64,000 nt of DNA from assembly GCA_009914755.4 (NCBI GenBank), contig CP068257.2:17696001-17760000 (forward strand), read 5' to 3'. How positions within the stretch are numbered: the first letter of the stretch is position 1; each line of letters starts with the position of its first letter. A model generated the notes under the pieces. The model saw nothing but the letters and a program-made list of their open reading frames with translations. It ran no database searches and had not been told where the DNA came from. Positions 14,429 through 27,835 of this stretch are shown here, piece by piece. The translations under genes were made by a program, and so were the position numbers. This DNA is from the human T2T-CHM13v2.0 reference genome, Homo sapiens.

Positions 14429-17069
14429 CAAGAGGCTCTTAAACACTAAATAATTTCAACTTATTTCTTGGTCCTGATCTTCCTTAATTTTTATTTTGTC
14501 CTATGATCTTTTATCAAACCACATGTATCAATATATGAATAAATAAATAAATAAATGCACATGTATGTTTATATATAACTTTGTTATTTTGCTACTCTTT
14601 TTTTTAAAACTTAAAGTCCTTTATATCCTCTGAAATTCTAAAGCTGAGAACTTTTGAAAAAAATCTTTAGAACTCCATACCAGTATCATTGTGTAAGGCA
14701 AGTACATAGTACAATAGAGACTAAGGACAACCTATATCTTGAAATAGCACCTTTGACTAAGTGTACAGAGATTTCAGAACCTTATGATAAAAGTCATTAG
14801 CATGATACAGATTCTTGATTACTTTTGTTTAAAAAAAGCTTTGAGATTGTCTTGCTTAGTGTTCTGGCCAGCTCTTTTGATTAGCTTGGAGTTAATCAGT
14901 TCTATCTTCATTCTTTTAGTAAAGTAAAATGTGTTTCAAAGTTCCTTTTTTATAAAGGGCATTGCTATCAATGCCAGTTCATTTTCTCCTGGGAAGCTAT
15001 TGCAATTTTGCTGTGCTAAATGTTTGCACTAAGCACTTAGTGAAGGCTGAGGTCACCTCTCTTGTTAAAGAAGAAAAATTGTAAACCTTTAACTCAAAGT
15101 TTTCCAGAGTGCAGTGTAAATTGTAATTAAATCCTGGAATTAAAATTTTTTATGACATAGCTGTAATTTTTATCTTTACCGTTATCTATTTTTGCTGTGT
15201 GGTTAGGTAAATATTAATTTGAAACAGTATATTATGACCCAGAAACATTCATTTTATTCCATTATGGCAAATGCCTCACAAAACATAGTGATACAGTAAA
15301 TCAGTTTTCCTTCAGTTGTCTTAAAACAACGCCATGTTTCACATAAGCACATCTTCTATGAAAGTGATAATGAAGTAATTATCAGTGTTTGGGTTTTCAC
15401 TAACTGATAGTTTTTTAATATGTGGGGTAGCTAATACTATTGCTGATAGTTCTTAATAGCAGCGATGCTATGATAAATGTTTGAAATACCCATTTAAACT
15501 TCTTATGAAATCTATAGTCTGCTTAGTGTTCTGCATGAATGAGTTGTAGTAACGTTTTACATTTGATCATATGACACTTGCTGATTTGATCGTAGAACGC
15601 TTGCCTCTTAGAGAATGCTTTAATTTCTAAAGTAAAAATAATTAACAACATTTGTATGTAGTAATGATTAAAGGAGGTACTATGAAATAACTTTGCTATG
15701 CAGAATATCATTGGCATTAAATTAGTTCTAGTTGCTTTTTCTTTAGTACCTATACACAATAAGAAATGTAAAGATTTAGACAGTTCTTTCTGGGCAAGAA
15801 AATAATTTTTATAAGGTATATTCTCTAGAATTAGAAAATAAAAATGTGAATTTTTTTTCTGAGAGTTGAATTTTTAAATTAATATATTTAGTTGGATTAA
15901 AAATATATATGTTTTAAAATAAAACAATTTCCAGGCAACTGTGCTGGGTCCTAATCTGAAACAAATGCATGAAACAGAAATGTATGGTAGAGTAGGGGAA
16001 CTATTCAACCAGAAAATTGTGGAAAAGAACAAGCATTGTTAACATTCATTTAAGAGGACCTTTCTAAAAGGATAATTCAATCTATTGACTTAAACAAATT
16101 GGCGTCACTAGCTGGCCATACCCTATGAAGGATACACATGCATTTATGTGACTTAGCCTCCACCACTAAATATGAAAACAGGCTAACTCAATTTGCTTAC
16201 ATACGTACACACCAAGCAACCTATTGCTCCTTTTAGGAAGCGGATGAGCTCGTCATATACGTGTGAGATTGGCTGTGCCAGTGAACTTTACTTCTCACAG
16301 TAAAAATATTTTTTAAAAAAGCATTCTGATATCATAGAGTTTTGATTTTGTCCGTTAGAAAAGACTGTGACACTTTGGTGCTGCTAAAATGTTAGGACTG
16401 GTGGCAAGAACACAGACTGTGGTAAATTTGTTAAAACAACGACAATGCCACTGTGAGGCTTCTTGAGAATCATGCCACAGATACGAACAAAGGCAATCAT
16501 TAGGTACCTATGTACACATGGTTCGTGACAAAAATACACCTAACTCTAACATGCACACAATTGTGAAAACACAGAAAAATCTCCTAAGGACAAAAAGAAA
16601 AAAAAGCAATATTAACAAAGTGGTAAGCAAACATTGTTACCTCACTAGTCCTAATATGATTTGCAGATCTCTGCAATCTATTAGCTCTTAGTGGCTTGGT
16701 TTTAGGTTGACAAGGCCTAAACTTCACACAAGCTTGTGCACTGAAAATCAGACACTTCCATAAAACTTGTGATCTTGAAATCTATCTCCTCAGTCAGGGA
16801 TCAAAATAGAAAATAAAGTGGCTCATTCAGCAAAGGGGGATGATAGAGACAATACTCACAAAATGTCTCACAGAAACAATTCTTAAAGGATGTCTTTTAG
16901 TGAAAAAGATTACTAAAAGGAGGGCACAAAATTGAACAATAAACATTTCTGAGAAGAGAAATTGAAAACCATGTGAAGAAATCCAGAGGTTGACTATTTC
17001 AAATATTAATACTGCATTACTATTTACTTAGAGACAGTAAAAATAAAATGGAAATTAAAAAAAATTTAA

Positions 17070-17426
<357 letters not shown>

Positions 17427-18789
17427 CTGTAAGGTTTTTTGTTTGTTTTTTCTTCCTTTTATCATATAAGAAATGGACAAAGATATGTTTTAATTTTAGA
17501 TTTTGTAAGACTAGGCATTCAGTTTGGTATTTTGGGTTACCACTAAAAAATGAGAAGTGGAGTATATTCTTTCCAAACCAAGGAATGAGAAAAAATCATT
17601 TTGAAAACAAACCAACCCAAATAAGGCAAAACAAAACAAAAAAAAACCCTCAATCAAAAAGAACGAAGGAGAGGAGGAAATAAGAACGGAACATAAGCGA
17701 TTTTCTTAGGTCCAGTTGCACAGAAGCTGATCTTATGATGAATATTCCTGTGTAAGTGATATTCTAAATATCAAAGGAACTCTGTTTAAGTAAGTGGGGG
17801 AAGCAAGACAGAAAAAGGAAGGAAACCAAGCAAAGATCTGATTTCAAGCAAAGCCTTATTAAAGGTATCTTCAATGTAATCTTTCACGAGAGCTCTGGGG
17901 TTGTAAGTTACACTTCAGTAATTCCCAGGTGCTCCGAGCTCTGTAACAGCAGGCAGAGTGTGCTCCAATGGCCTGAGCATAGTCCTCCAAACAGTCCTTC
18001 AAACAAGCTGCAGATGCAGGCTATTGCTAAATCCAAGGGAAAACACAAGAGCTAAAAAGGATCTAAGGGAACCTACACAAGGTTCAACATCATCTGCAGA
18101 GACATACAAGGAAAGTGCAACATAACATGGTTTAAATATTTCAAGTATAGTGAAAATCATAAATATCCAATTGTCTTAATTATCCAGTGAAAAGCAGATA
18201 TTGCAAAATTGAGTTGAAACAAAAATCTATGTTGGGTTTAATATAAATGTATATTCTATTTATAAGAGATTCACATAAAATACAAGGATACAGAAAGATT
18301 GAAAGTAAAAATTTTAAAAAATTAAAATCAGGAAAATACTAAGAAGTTAATACAGCTGTTAATATCGGGCGAAATTTACTGAAACCAGGAGTATTATTGA
18401 GGATAAATACGGTCCTCAGATAATAATTCAGTTAACTAAAGGATAAACAAAAATTATTCATTCTTGTTAAAAATGTGCTCAAAAATATATGCAACAAGTG
18501 ACAGGACCGGATAAAAAGTTTACAAATTCACCTCAATAGAAGATTTCTTTTATATAAATTTTTAATAATGTAAAATATCCGTATTTTAAAAGTATACAAA
18601 TTTCAAGTTTACAATGTAATGAATTGGCACTAAATGAACACTGCCATGTAGAGCAAGTAGATGATTTCATGCAAAGCTCTAGGTAAAAAAATAGAACATT
18701 AAAAATATCCAGGAGGCACTCTCCTTTATTTCCCAGAAATATCCACCCCCCCAACAATCATTTAATTGTTATACTGACATAGCACCATT

Positions 18790-19480
18790 GGTTCACATCA
18801 CTTGTATTATATTTTTTGAATAAAAACATATGCTGCATACCATTATTTTGTTTGGCTTATTTTTTTCAGTAATCTGTGGGATTAATCCATGTTGTAGAGT
18901 GCAGAAGTTTCATTGTTCTCAGTGTTGTACAGTATTCTGTTATATAAATAGAACATTTATCCATGCTCCTATTAACAAATATATGTATATTTCCAGCGTT
19001 TTTCTATTACTCTATTATAAATACAGTTGTTATAATCACTTCTGTACATAATTGTAAAGCTGATATACAGGCATGCACTGCTAGTTTTTAGGATGTGTGT
19101 ACATTTACCTTTAGTTGGTATCATTAAGCAGTTTTGGAAATTAAAATTTCCACCAGCATTGTATGAGAATTCCGTTTGCTCCATACCCTTACCAACACTT
19201 AGCATTGTAAGCCACTTTATATTTAATCATTCTAGTTGGCATGTAGTTATATAGCATTGAGGTTTTATTTTGCATTCCCCTACCTGTTAAAGAGGTAAGC
19301 ACTTCTCATGTGTTTATTGTTAATTTAGATATCTGTTTTTCGGGGAAGGAAATGCCATTCAAAGATTTTGCACATTTCCTAATTCTCTATTTTCCTTGTT
19401 GAATTTGAGAGTCATTACACATTATGGATACTGGAGATTGATGGTATATGTTAAAGCTAACTTTTACCACTTCGTTCATA
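18790..19480 (-). mobile_element. L1 fragment (old family), ORF2 C-terminal region in antisense on +
   Basis: The + strand reads the characteristic antisense L1 text: ...aatttccaccagcattgtatgagaattccgtttgctccatacccttaccaacacttag... Compare antisense L1 aatttacactcccaccaacagtgtaaaagtgttcctatttctccacatcctctccagcac, and upstream ...gttgtacagtattctgttatataaatagaacatttatccat.... Confidence 0.6.
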
Positions 19481-19670
19481 GCATTTTTCATCCCCTTAAA
19501 AAGTGTTTGATATACATACACTCTTAATTTTAATAATTCAATTTATTAATTTGTTTTGCTCATAATTTTTTACTTCTCATAGTTTAAGAAGATACTCTAA
19601 GCTTTCTGCTGGAGAATGTACAATTTTAAAGTTAATATTTTGATGAATATTTAATTAAATTATTCAATTA

Positions 19671-19968
19671 ATTAATTTTTTAAGACACAGGGTCTTGCTG
19701 TGTCACGCAGGCTGGAGTTCAGAGGTGTGATCCTAGCTCACTGCAGCCTCAAACTCCTGGCCTTACGTGATCCTCCCACCCCAGCCTCCTAAGTGGCCTG
19801 GATTACAGATGCACACCACCATGTCCAACTAATTTTTTTCCATATTACTTTAGAAACAGGATCTTGCTATGTTGCCCATGACGGTCTCAAACTCATAGCC
19901 TCAAGAGATCCTCCTGCCTCAGCCTCTCAAGGTGTTGGGATTACAGGTGTGAATCACTGTGCCTGGCC
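19671..19968 (-). mobile_element. Alu SINE (older, diverged), inverted orientation
   Basis: ttttttaagacacagggtcttgctgtgtcacgcaggctggagttcagaggtgtgatcctagctcactgcagcc ... ggtgttgggattacaggtgtgaatcactgtgcctggcc. Confidence 0.88.
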
Positions 19969-19999
19969 ACAATAAGTATGTTATACTCATTCCACTCAG

Positions 20000-20830
20000 A
20001 ACTGATTTCTTTTGGTAGGAAGAGTGAATATTGTTTTCTTAGTTGAGAAATTCACCTGACTCTTTCCCCACTGATCTGTAATGCCAACTTTGTTATGACT
20101 CGTGTCCATGCATATGTGTTTCTATTTCTAAACTGTATTCTGTTTTAGTTATTAGTTTACCCTTGCATGAGTAGCACATTTTTATTACAACTATAGCTAT
20201 TTACTATTAATATCTGGTATTATAAATCTTCTAATTGTTTCTACTTCAAAAACTGGCTCATCTCGGTTGTTATTTCCCTTTGCATTTCCACTTACAATTT
20301 TCTATCAGCTTGTCCATTTCCTCCAAAATAACCACTAAGCTTTTGATTGGTTTATAATAAGGGTCTACATGTCTATTCGAAAAAAATATATTTTTAAAAA
20401 GTTGAGTTTCTTCAATTTATGAACATCTTATGTTCCCCTATTATTTACACTTCCTTTAATTTCTTTATTTTTTTATATCTTCATAGTGGAAGTACTGCAC
20501 AGTTTTCATTAGATTTATGGGTATTGATTTTTATGCTATTTCAAATGGCATTGTTTTGACATTGTAAGTTTTTATTGGTATATAGAATATCATTTATTTT
20601 TTAAAATTTGATTTTTATCTCAGGGAACTCCTTTAATTCACCTGTTTTTAATTGGGTATATGTCATGTTTAGTTGTGTGTGTGTTTTTTTTTTGTTTCTA
20701 CATATTCACAATCATTTTGCGTTAAATTATAATAGGTTTAGTACTCCTTTTGTGTTCCTTGTATTGTTATTTTATTTTCTTATTTTATACTTCTTAGTAA
20801 AACCTAGAATAAAATATTGAATAAAGGTAG
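20000..20830 (-). mobile_element. Possible old L1 fragment in antisense (weak)
   Basis: Antisense-L1-like phrasing, for example ...atcttcatagtggaagtactgcacagttttcattagatttatgggtattgatttttatgctatttcaaatggcattg.... It lies between an Alu and a sense L1 fragment. Similarity is judged by eye only. Confidence 0.3.
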
Positions 20831-20899
20831 AAATTACAAGTATTTCATTTCATTTCTGTCATTTAGAGTAATATTTTTAATAATTCATAATCAAGAATG

Positions 20900-21650
20900 A
20901 TGTTTTTGCCAGATGTTATGTAACTACTTTACATGAAACTTAGAAAATTTCTCACAGCCAAAGCAGTTCTATGAGGGATGTTTACAGCATTGAATGCCTA
21001 CATCAAAAAATAATAAAATCTGAAATAAATAGCCTAACATTACACCTTAAGGATTAGTAAAACAAGGACAAACTAAATATAAAGTTAGCAAGAGAGAGAA
21101 AATAACAAAGATCAGAACACAAATAAATAAAATAGAGACCAGAAAAATAATAGAAAAGATAAACTAAGAATTGCTTTTTTGAAAAGTTGAACAAAATTGG
21201 CAAACCTTTAGCTAGACTAAAAAAGAAGACTCAAATAAATAAGTAAAATGAAAAACAAAACATGAGACATGATTATTAGTAATATATAAGACGCTACAGA
21301 AAAAGAGAAAAGTACAGGTCAATATTATTGATGAACATAGATGCAAAAATACTTCACAAAATACCAGCAAACCATATTCAACATTACATTTCAAGTATCA
21401 TTCACCATGGTCAAGTGGAATTTAGCCCTGGGATCAAAGATAGTTCAAAATAAGCAGACCCATTAACCACCACATTAACAGGATAAAGGACAAAACCCAT
21501 ATGATCATTGCAACAGACAGAGAAAAAATGTTTGACAAAATGTAGTATTTTTTCATCATAAAACCTCTCAACAAAATAGCCTTAGAAGGAATGGTCCTAA
21601 ACACAATAAATACCATATGACAAGCCCACAGCTAACATCATACTTAAGTA
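20900..21650 (+). mobile_element. L1 fragment (old L1M-like), ORF2 region downstream of the EN domain, with internal deletions
   Basis: Sense L1 ORF2 text: ...gcctacatcaaaaaataataaaatctgaaataaatagcctaacattacaccttaaggat..agcaagagagagaaaataacaaagatcagaacacaaataaataaaatagagaccagaaaaataatagaaaagataaactaagaattgcttttttgaaaagttgaacaaaattggcaaacctttagctagactaaaaaagaag... The later atgaacatagatgcaaaaatacttcacaaaataccagcaaaccatattcaacattacatt ... gacaagcccacagctaacatcatact also matches. Confidence 0.72.
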
Positions 21651-21926
21651 TATATATTAAGTATACATATAATTAATAATTAACTAATTGCTTGATTCTT
21701 TGTGAAATTGAACTTAGACCTTGTCCAAGCATATTATATATTCTTAATAATTAAGTATATAGATACGTGATAACTACTTAATTGCTTCTTTGTGAAATTG
21801 AACTTGGACCTTGTCATTGACTAGTTCTGTGATATTAGGTATTCCCTCATCTGCCAGTTTTCTCATTTGTAAAATAAAGATCACAACTATAGTCATATCA
21901 TATGCCTGGAGTTAATATTAAATGAC

Positions 21927-21966
21927 ATATCTATCTATCTATCATCTATCTACCTATCTATCTATA
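21927..21966. repeat. (ATCT)n tetranucleotide microsatellite, imperfect
   Basis: atatctatctatctatcatctatctacctatctatctat. Confidence 0.9.
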
Positions 21967-22821
21967 GCATTTAGTACACAGCTTTTGTTTCCTGTACTTG
22001 GTAGCACATTTTCCTGTGGTTTTCTGTATGCCAAACAGGCAGAGAGGGGAATAAATTACTCTAACCAACATCTTCGGTTAAAGCATGCTCATTGTTCATT
22101 GTCTTATGAACCATGTAGTCAAATTGTCATCACAGCGTATCTGAACTAGAGGCCAGATATCTCAATAAAAAACAACTTTCTTCTAAGAGGTGAGCTTATA
22201 AACTATGACACTACTTTCTAGACTTTGTTTACCAGAGTTGTAAATCAAGGAAAGAGATTTAAAAACCACTGTGAGATTGTGGGCAAGGGGTAAGCGAGTG
22301 GATATTGTGATGGTCCAATGCATTTCTCTGACTGCTGGTATCTTGATAATTATTGGTCTGAAGAATCTGTAGGCAGTCAATAAGGATCAATCAACCATTA
22401 CAATAAAAGAAAAAATAATTTAAACAGAGCTTTATGTAGAGCCACTTTAGTACCTTGGTCAGTTTCATAAAACCAGGCAATGAACAGAATACAAGTATTG
22501 CTAATCAAGGATAGTATTTCTGTATTCACATCAAACAATTTATTTTAAAGAATGTTGTTTACTTGTTGAAGTCAATTAAAAATTTATATATCCAATTAAA
22601 CTAAATATATAATTATCATCTCTCACAAACCAATGTAGAATTTCTCTTAATTCTATGACTGCTATTTTAGTCATGAAGCTACAGAGTCATTATGCAAGGC
22701 TGTGCATAAAGATCAATGGAGCATTGCTATTTCAGTTTTGTGAAGACAATTGTGTTTAATGGAAAGACAAATTTACAGAAAGTTATTCAGTGATTCCCTA
22801 CAGATTTTTAGTTTTAAATTT

Positions 22822-23153
22822 ATTTTTATTTTTATTTTTTGAGATGGAGTCTCACTCTGTCACCCAGGCTGGAGTGCAGTAGCGTGATCTCGGCTCACTT
22901 TGACCTATGTCTCTCAGGTTCAAGCGATTCTCCTGCCTAAGCCTCCTGAGTAGCTGGGATTACAGGCATGTGCCACCACTCTAGTTTTTTCTAATAGTTG
23001 GCACAATTTTTGCACAGCTAATTTTTGTATTTTAGTAGAGAAGGAGTTTCACCATTTTGGACAGGCTGGTTTTGAACTCCTGACCTCAGGTGATCTGCCC
23101 ACCTCGGCCTCCCAAAGTGCTGGGATTACAGGCGTGAGCCACCGCACCCAACC
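22822..23153 (-). mobile_element. Alu SINE, inverted orientation, with TSD
   Basis: tttatttttatttttattttttgagatggagtctcactctgtcacccaggctggagtgcagtagcgtgatctcggctcac ... ctgggattacaggcgtgagccaccgcacccaacc. Flanks CAGATTTTTA and CAGATTTTTAAA form the TSD. Confidence 0.9.
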
Positions 23154-23880
23154 CAGATTTTTAAATATCTTTTCCTTTTTTTCCTCTTCTGTGTCTAAGC
23201 ACAAAGAAAACATGGAAAGTTTGAGACAGAGTAACTTGATTAGATTGGTTTTGGAAAACAATTCTATGTGACTTATTTTCCACTAAGCGTCAAAAATTCA
23301 AAAAGAAAAGGCAAGCGTTTAAACATCTCCACACTGTGAATTATATATATTAAACAAACAACTCTGGGAAATACCTCCCAAAGTAAGCAACTCTAAGAGA
23401 ACAAGAAAAAAGTAGGCAGTTTACAGTCAATTGTTTTATATTTTTATTAAAATGTCTTCTGTCTTTTGGCTAAACCCAGGTAAGGAAATCCAAACAGAAA
23501 AAAATAAAAATATGACAAAAATTCAAGGCATTCAGTGTGAAAAAAAAATTCTGAAGAAGTAAATTCTTATAATTAAGATATACATTTGTAAGTTCTAAAT
23601 GCGCTGCCAGAAATATGGTTTTGTGGTATTTTTTTTGAAATTATTAATCTCTTGTTAATTTGACATTATCATTATCCATGTCTTCCTATAAAATGATCTA
23701 TATGTACTCTAAATGTTTCTTCACTTAAAAACGTATATTTTTATATTTTTAGTTGAATTTGAAGTATTACAATATTTAGTCATCTCTAAATCACATTCAG
23801 TGTCACTGCCAGTTCTTATTTAGCACTTACGGAACCCGACTTTGATGTGGTGAGTGTGTGAGTGAGTGTGTGCATGCATT

Positions 23881-23972
23881 GTTATTAACATAAAACATAA
23901 GACATGTTATTAACATAAAACATAAAACATGTTATTAACATAAAACATAAGTTTTATTAACATAAAACACAA
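23881..23972. repeat. Tandem repeat, ~28-bp unit x ~3.5 (GTTATTAACATAAAACATAAGACAT)
   Basis: gttattaacataaaacataagacat / gttattaacataaaacataaaacat / gttattaacataaaacataagtttt / attaacataaaacacaag. Confidence 0.8.
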
Positions 23973-26302
23973 GTTAATTGAAACAGATTTAATTTGCATA
24001 TGCTTAAATCATAATGAAAATATGACTCTAACTTTCTCGGATTTCTGTTATGTACTTCTATTTAGAATTTACAGTTTTGTACCCAAATTTGCAAAGAATT
24101 ACCTTATCAACTTGAAAAATAACAAATTTAATTTTGCATATAAATTTTGCATTTATCCACTTGTAAATTTCATTTTCATTAGTTTTTTGCTACTTCAAAC
24201 TGTTCTAAAAAGAAGAAACTATTAAATATGTAGTCCATATTGGTAGATTTAGATAAAACTAACAAGATATCAGAGAGGTACAAACGTTATCTAGTAAAAC
24301 TAGTAGTTCACATGCTTTGCATTTTGTTCTTGCTGTCTCCTTTAAGTGAACTTCTGCTAAATCATAATCTTACAAAGTCCAACACATTTTTCTCCCATGG
24401 CAAAACTGAGGAACAAATAAACACATTGATTTTTCCAACATTGTAGATCAATCATTTCTCAGCAATGTTTTTTTCATTTATTCCAAAATCATAAAGAATT
24501 CTGTTGTAAAAAAACATCCACTGTTTTTGTTAGTGGTTCCTTCATGAAATTGAAGGTAAGGACAGTTGGCATCAAAATGTAATGAATACATGCCTTGAAG
24601 CTAGGATGAATCTTCATAAGTTTGTCTCCTCGGAAACTTAAATTTACTCATGTATTGGAATGATACAGTAATACATGTCTTTGTATGATTAAATTGCATA
24701 AGGCTGTAAAAGATATATTATCCACTCTCCTTTGAAACTGGTCATTCACAATTTATAACTGTATTCTATAATTTAGTGAATATATTTATGTTATGATTGA
24801 AGCCATGTACTTACTGAAATTGGGTACAAGAACCAGATTTTAGTTTTATTTAATCCAACCAATTATTGGCCCTGTCCTTATGGTTTCCTTTTTTATCCAT
24901 AATTGTTTTCCTCCAGTCAGCCTTATCTAAGGTACTAATTTTTATTTGTGACATTGAAGTTGTAGTTTTGGATATAGAAATATATTTTTTTATTAAAGCT
25001 GTGTTTTTCTTAGAATTTGCCCATTTTTGCTGAGTGACTTTTAAGAAAATATTTTACCTTTTATGGTCTCAAAAGAAAATTTTATTTAATCCTAATGCCT
25101 TAAATGTAAAAATTAAAACAGATACATAAAGTGTGAAATAACTCAAATTTTAGTGCTTCAAATAGATTAAAGCCTATTTACTATAACTCATATGGTCACG
25201 CCATATGCCCATGGGGTATAGATATAAATTTCTACCACAGGGAAAGGCAGTAACAATTTTGAACAATTATACAATCTAAATAGAAAAAATAGAATAATAG
25301 AAAAATATTTAATTATGTAGATTGAACTTAAGGAGTACTGGTGAATTGAAGGGGTATCACGAGAGGTGTATAATATTTATAGAGGAAATGGGAGTGATGG
25401 GACTAGTAAAAGAGACAATATAGGTGAGAAAATGAGAATAATTAGGGATTGATTTTTTTCTCATTATTACTGCACTTTAAAGAGAACAATTTTGCATTGG
25501 TAATTTTAAGTAACAATACTTTTTAAAAAGATAACTGAATAATGGAATACATTAGTATGCCTTGGTTGTAAGTCAAACTATTTTTTTCTAATATTTGGCA
25601 CAATTTTTGATGTTCTTGGTTGCAAAAGAAGAGAAATTTTCTGAAAATTAGTGAAACTTTTTATTAAGGTTGAAATTTATTTCTTAGCCATATATTTTTA
25701 CATTTTTCATAAATAAGCAGAAGACCTTTATAGAATTTAAAGGTTTTTGGATATTCTGGATAGTCACATTTCTTTGAGGACAATTTTATATGTATGTCTC
25801 AAAGTTTGAACATTAGGAAATCACTTTTCACAATCTTCCTTCCCTGTGGAGTTTATCTGAATGCACAGCCATTTTTAAAGTTTGTCCTCTGATCAGTTCA
25901 GCTGGATACTTACGAAGATAAGAGTGTAGCACAAGTTAAAGTCAAAATTCTAGAATTCACAGTATGCTTCAATGGACTCTTTTTTTTTTTTTTATTGATT
26001 CCGAAACTCTTAAACTACTCATTGGATCTCATTCTGTTAACTACATTTTACTATTTTGGTTTCCATAATAAACCAAACGTGAAGTCTTTGAAATTACTTG
26101 AATAAAAACTTTATATATCAAATAGTCCAAATGGGCAGAAGTTGGTATGTATCTGAAACTACTTAACTGTGTATAAAAATAAGAAAAATTGAAATCGGCA
26201 AACAATGCTATAAAGGACATTTTTGTAAAGTTAGCTATTAAGACGTGTTTGTCAATCCCAGACCAATGATAGAAAGTACAATTTTATACTTAAATATATA
26301 TT

Positions 26303-26339
26303 AATTGTCTCTATTTGTGACAATTAAATAGAGACAATT
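26303..26339. repeat. Perfect 14-bp inverted repeat (hairpin-capable) with 9-bp spacer, followed by GAGACAATTAA motif copies
   Basis: aattgtctctattt gtgacaatt aaatagagacaatt. The right arm is the exact reverse complement of the left arm. The motif gagacaatt recurs at ~26344 and as a near-palindrome gagacaattaattatctc. Confidence 0.75.
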
Positions 26340-27184
26340 TGATTGAGACAATTAATTATCTCTATCAAAGTGTATTCTAAAGGTTTGGTTTTTTTAAAAA
26401 GCAAGCTCAAGCATTTTGTCCAAAAGAATTGTATATCTAATGGATAAGCACATACATAATCTATTGGTGGGATAATCAGTGTCATTGAATACATTCATAT
26501 TTGAGTTTGATACTATAAATATTACCCCCCAATAGGTAGTACACTTATCAGAAATGCATAAGAGTACATTTTGTTTCCCCTTGCACTATGCATTATCAAC
26601 TTTTATTTTTTGGCACATATGATAGTGACACATTTATTTTACTCAGATTCCTTGAGAAGCAATTGTTCCAAAGCACATTCATGTTGATGTTAGTCCCTGT
26701 AGGTTGGCTGAGTGGATCTAATCTAGAAAACATTCACATCATTTCTATGTATTTTTTTCCTCTGTTGAGCAAAGGAGACAGAAACTGAGTAGATTGGCCT
26801 GCACTGTAAACTCAGGCTTGTTTTAAAGAGCTGTCCCAAGGATGACATTGAGGAGAGAGAAGCTTGCAAGTCACTTTGTATTTTTCTTTAATCTACAACC
26901 CACAACTTTAACAGCAATAAAGTTAATATTTTAGAAATTAATAATTATTCTAGTTTATTCATCAAAATTTCAGAAACTGTAAGAAGACTAGGAGTTCTCT
27001 TTATCTAAAGTAGTCTTAAAACGCCTAATACCTACTAATTGTAATTTAAATTCAGTGATTCTTAAATTACTAATGGAGCTGGAGACATAATTATACATTA
27101 AATTGTCTCAGCCTTTCTTTTTTTGTGTGAAAAAAAGCCCTTATATTTTTCTATAGTTTGTTTAGATTGACATTTATTTCTCTT

Positions 27185-27835
27185 TTTTCTTTTTTTTTTT
27201 TAATTTTTCTTTTAAGTTTAGCAGTACATTCGTTTGTTTGGTTTGTTACATAGGTAAACTTCTGTCAGGGGTTCACAGTACAGATTATTTTGCGTCCCAG
27301 GTATTAAACCTAGTACCCATTTGTTATTTTTCCTGATCCTCTCCCTCCTTCCACCCTCCACCCTCTGGGAGGCCTCAGTGTGTGTTGTTCCCCTCTATGT
27401 GTCCATGTGTTCTCATCACTTAGCTCTCACTTATAAGTGAAAACATCCAGTATTTGGTTTTCTGTTCCTGTGGTAGTTTGCTGAGGAGAATGGCCTCCAG
27501 CTCCATCCATATGCCTGCCAAGGATTTCTTTCTTTTTTATGTCTGCATAGCATTCTACGTTCTATATGTACCATATTTTCTTTATCCAGTCTAGCACTGA
27601 TGGGAATTTATGTTGGTTCCATGTCTTTGTTATTGTGAATAATGATGCAATGAACATTTGCATGCATATGTCTTTATAATAGAATGATTTATGTTACTTT
27701 GGGTATATACCTAGCAATGGGTTTGCTGAGTTGAATGATATTTCTGTCTTTAAGTCTCTGAGGAATGATTACACTGTCTTCCACAATGGTTGAATGAATT
27801 TACATTCCTACCAACAGTGTGTAAGTATTCTTATT
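27185..27835 (-). mobile_element. L1 3' end (L1PA/L1PB-like) in antisense; poly-T at 27185-27200 is the poly-A tail
   Basis: ttttctttttttttttt then gtttgttacataggtaaacttctgtcaggggttcacagtacagattatt..., the reverse complement of the L1 3'UTR. It continues as antisense ORF2 C-terminus: ...gtctgcatagcattctacgttctatatgtaccatattttctttatccagtctagcactgatgggaatttatgttggttccatgtctttgttattgtgaataatgatgcaatgaacat...ccacaatggttgaatgaatttacattcctaccaacagtgtgtaag. Confidence 0.78.
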
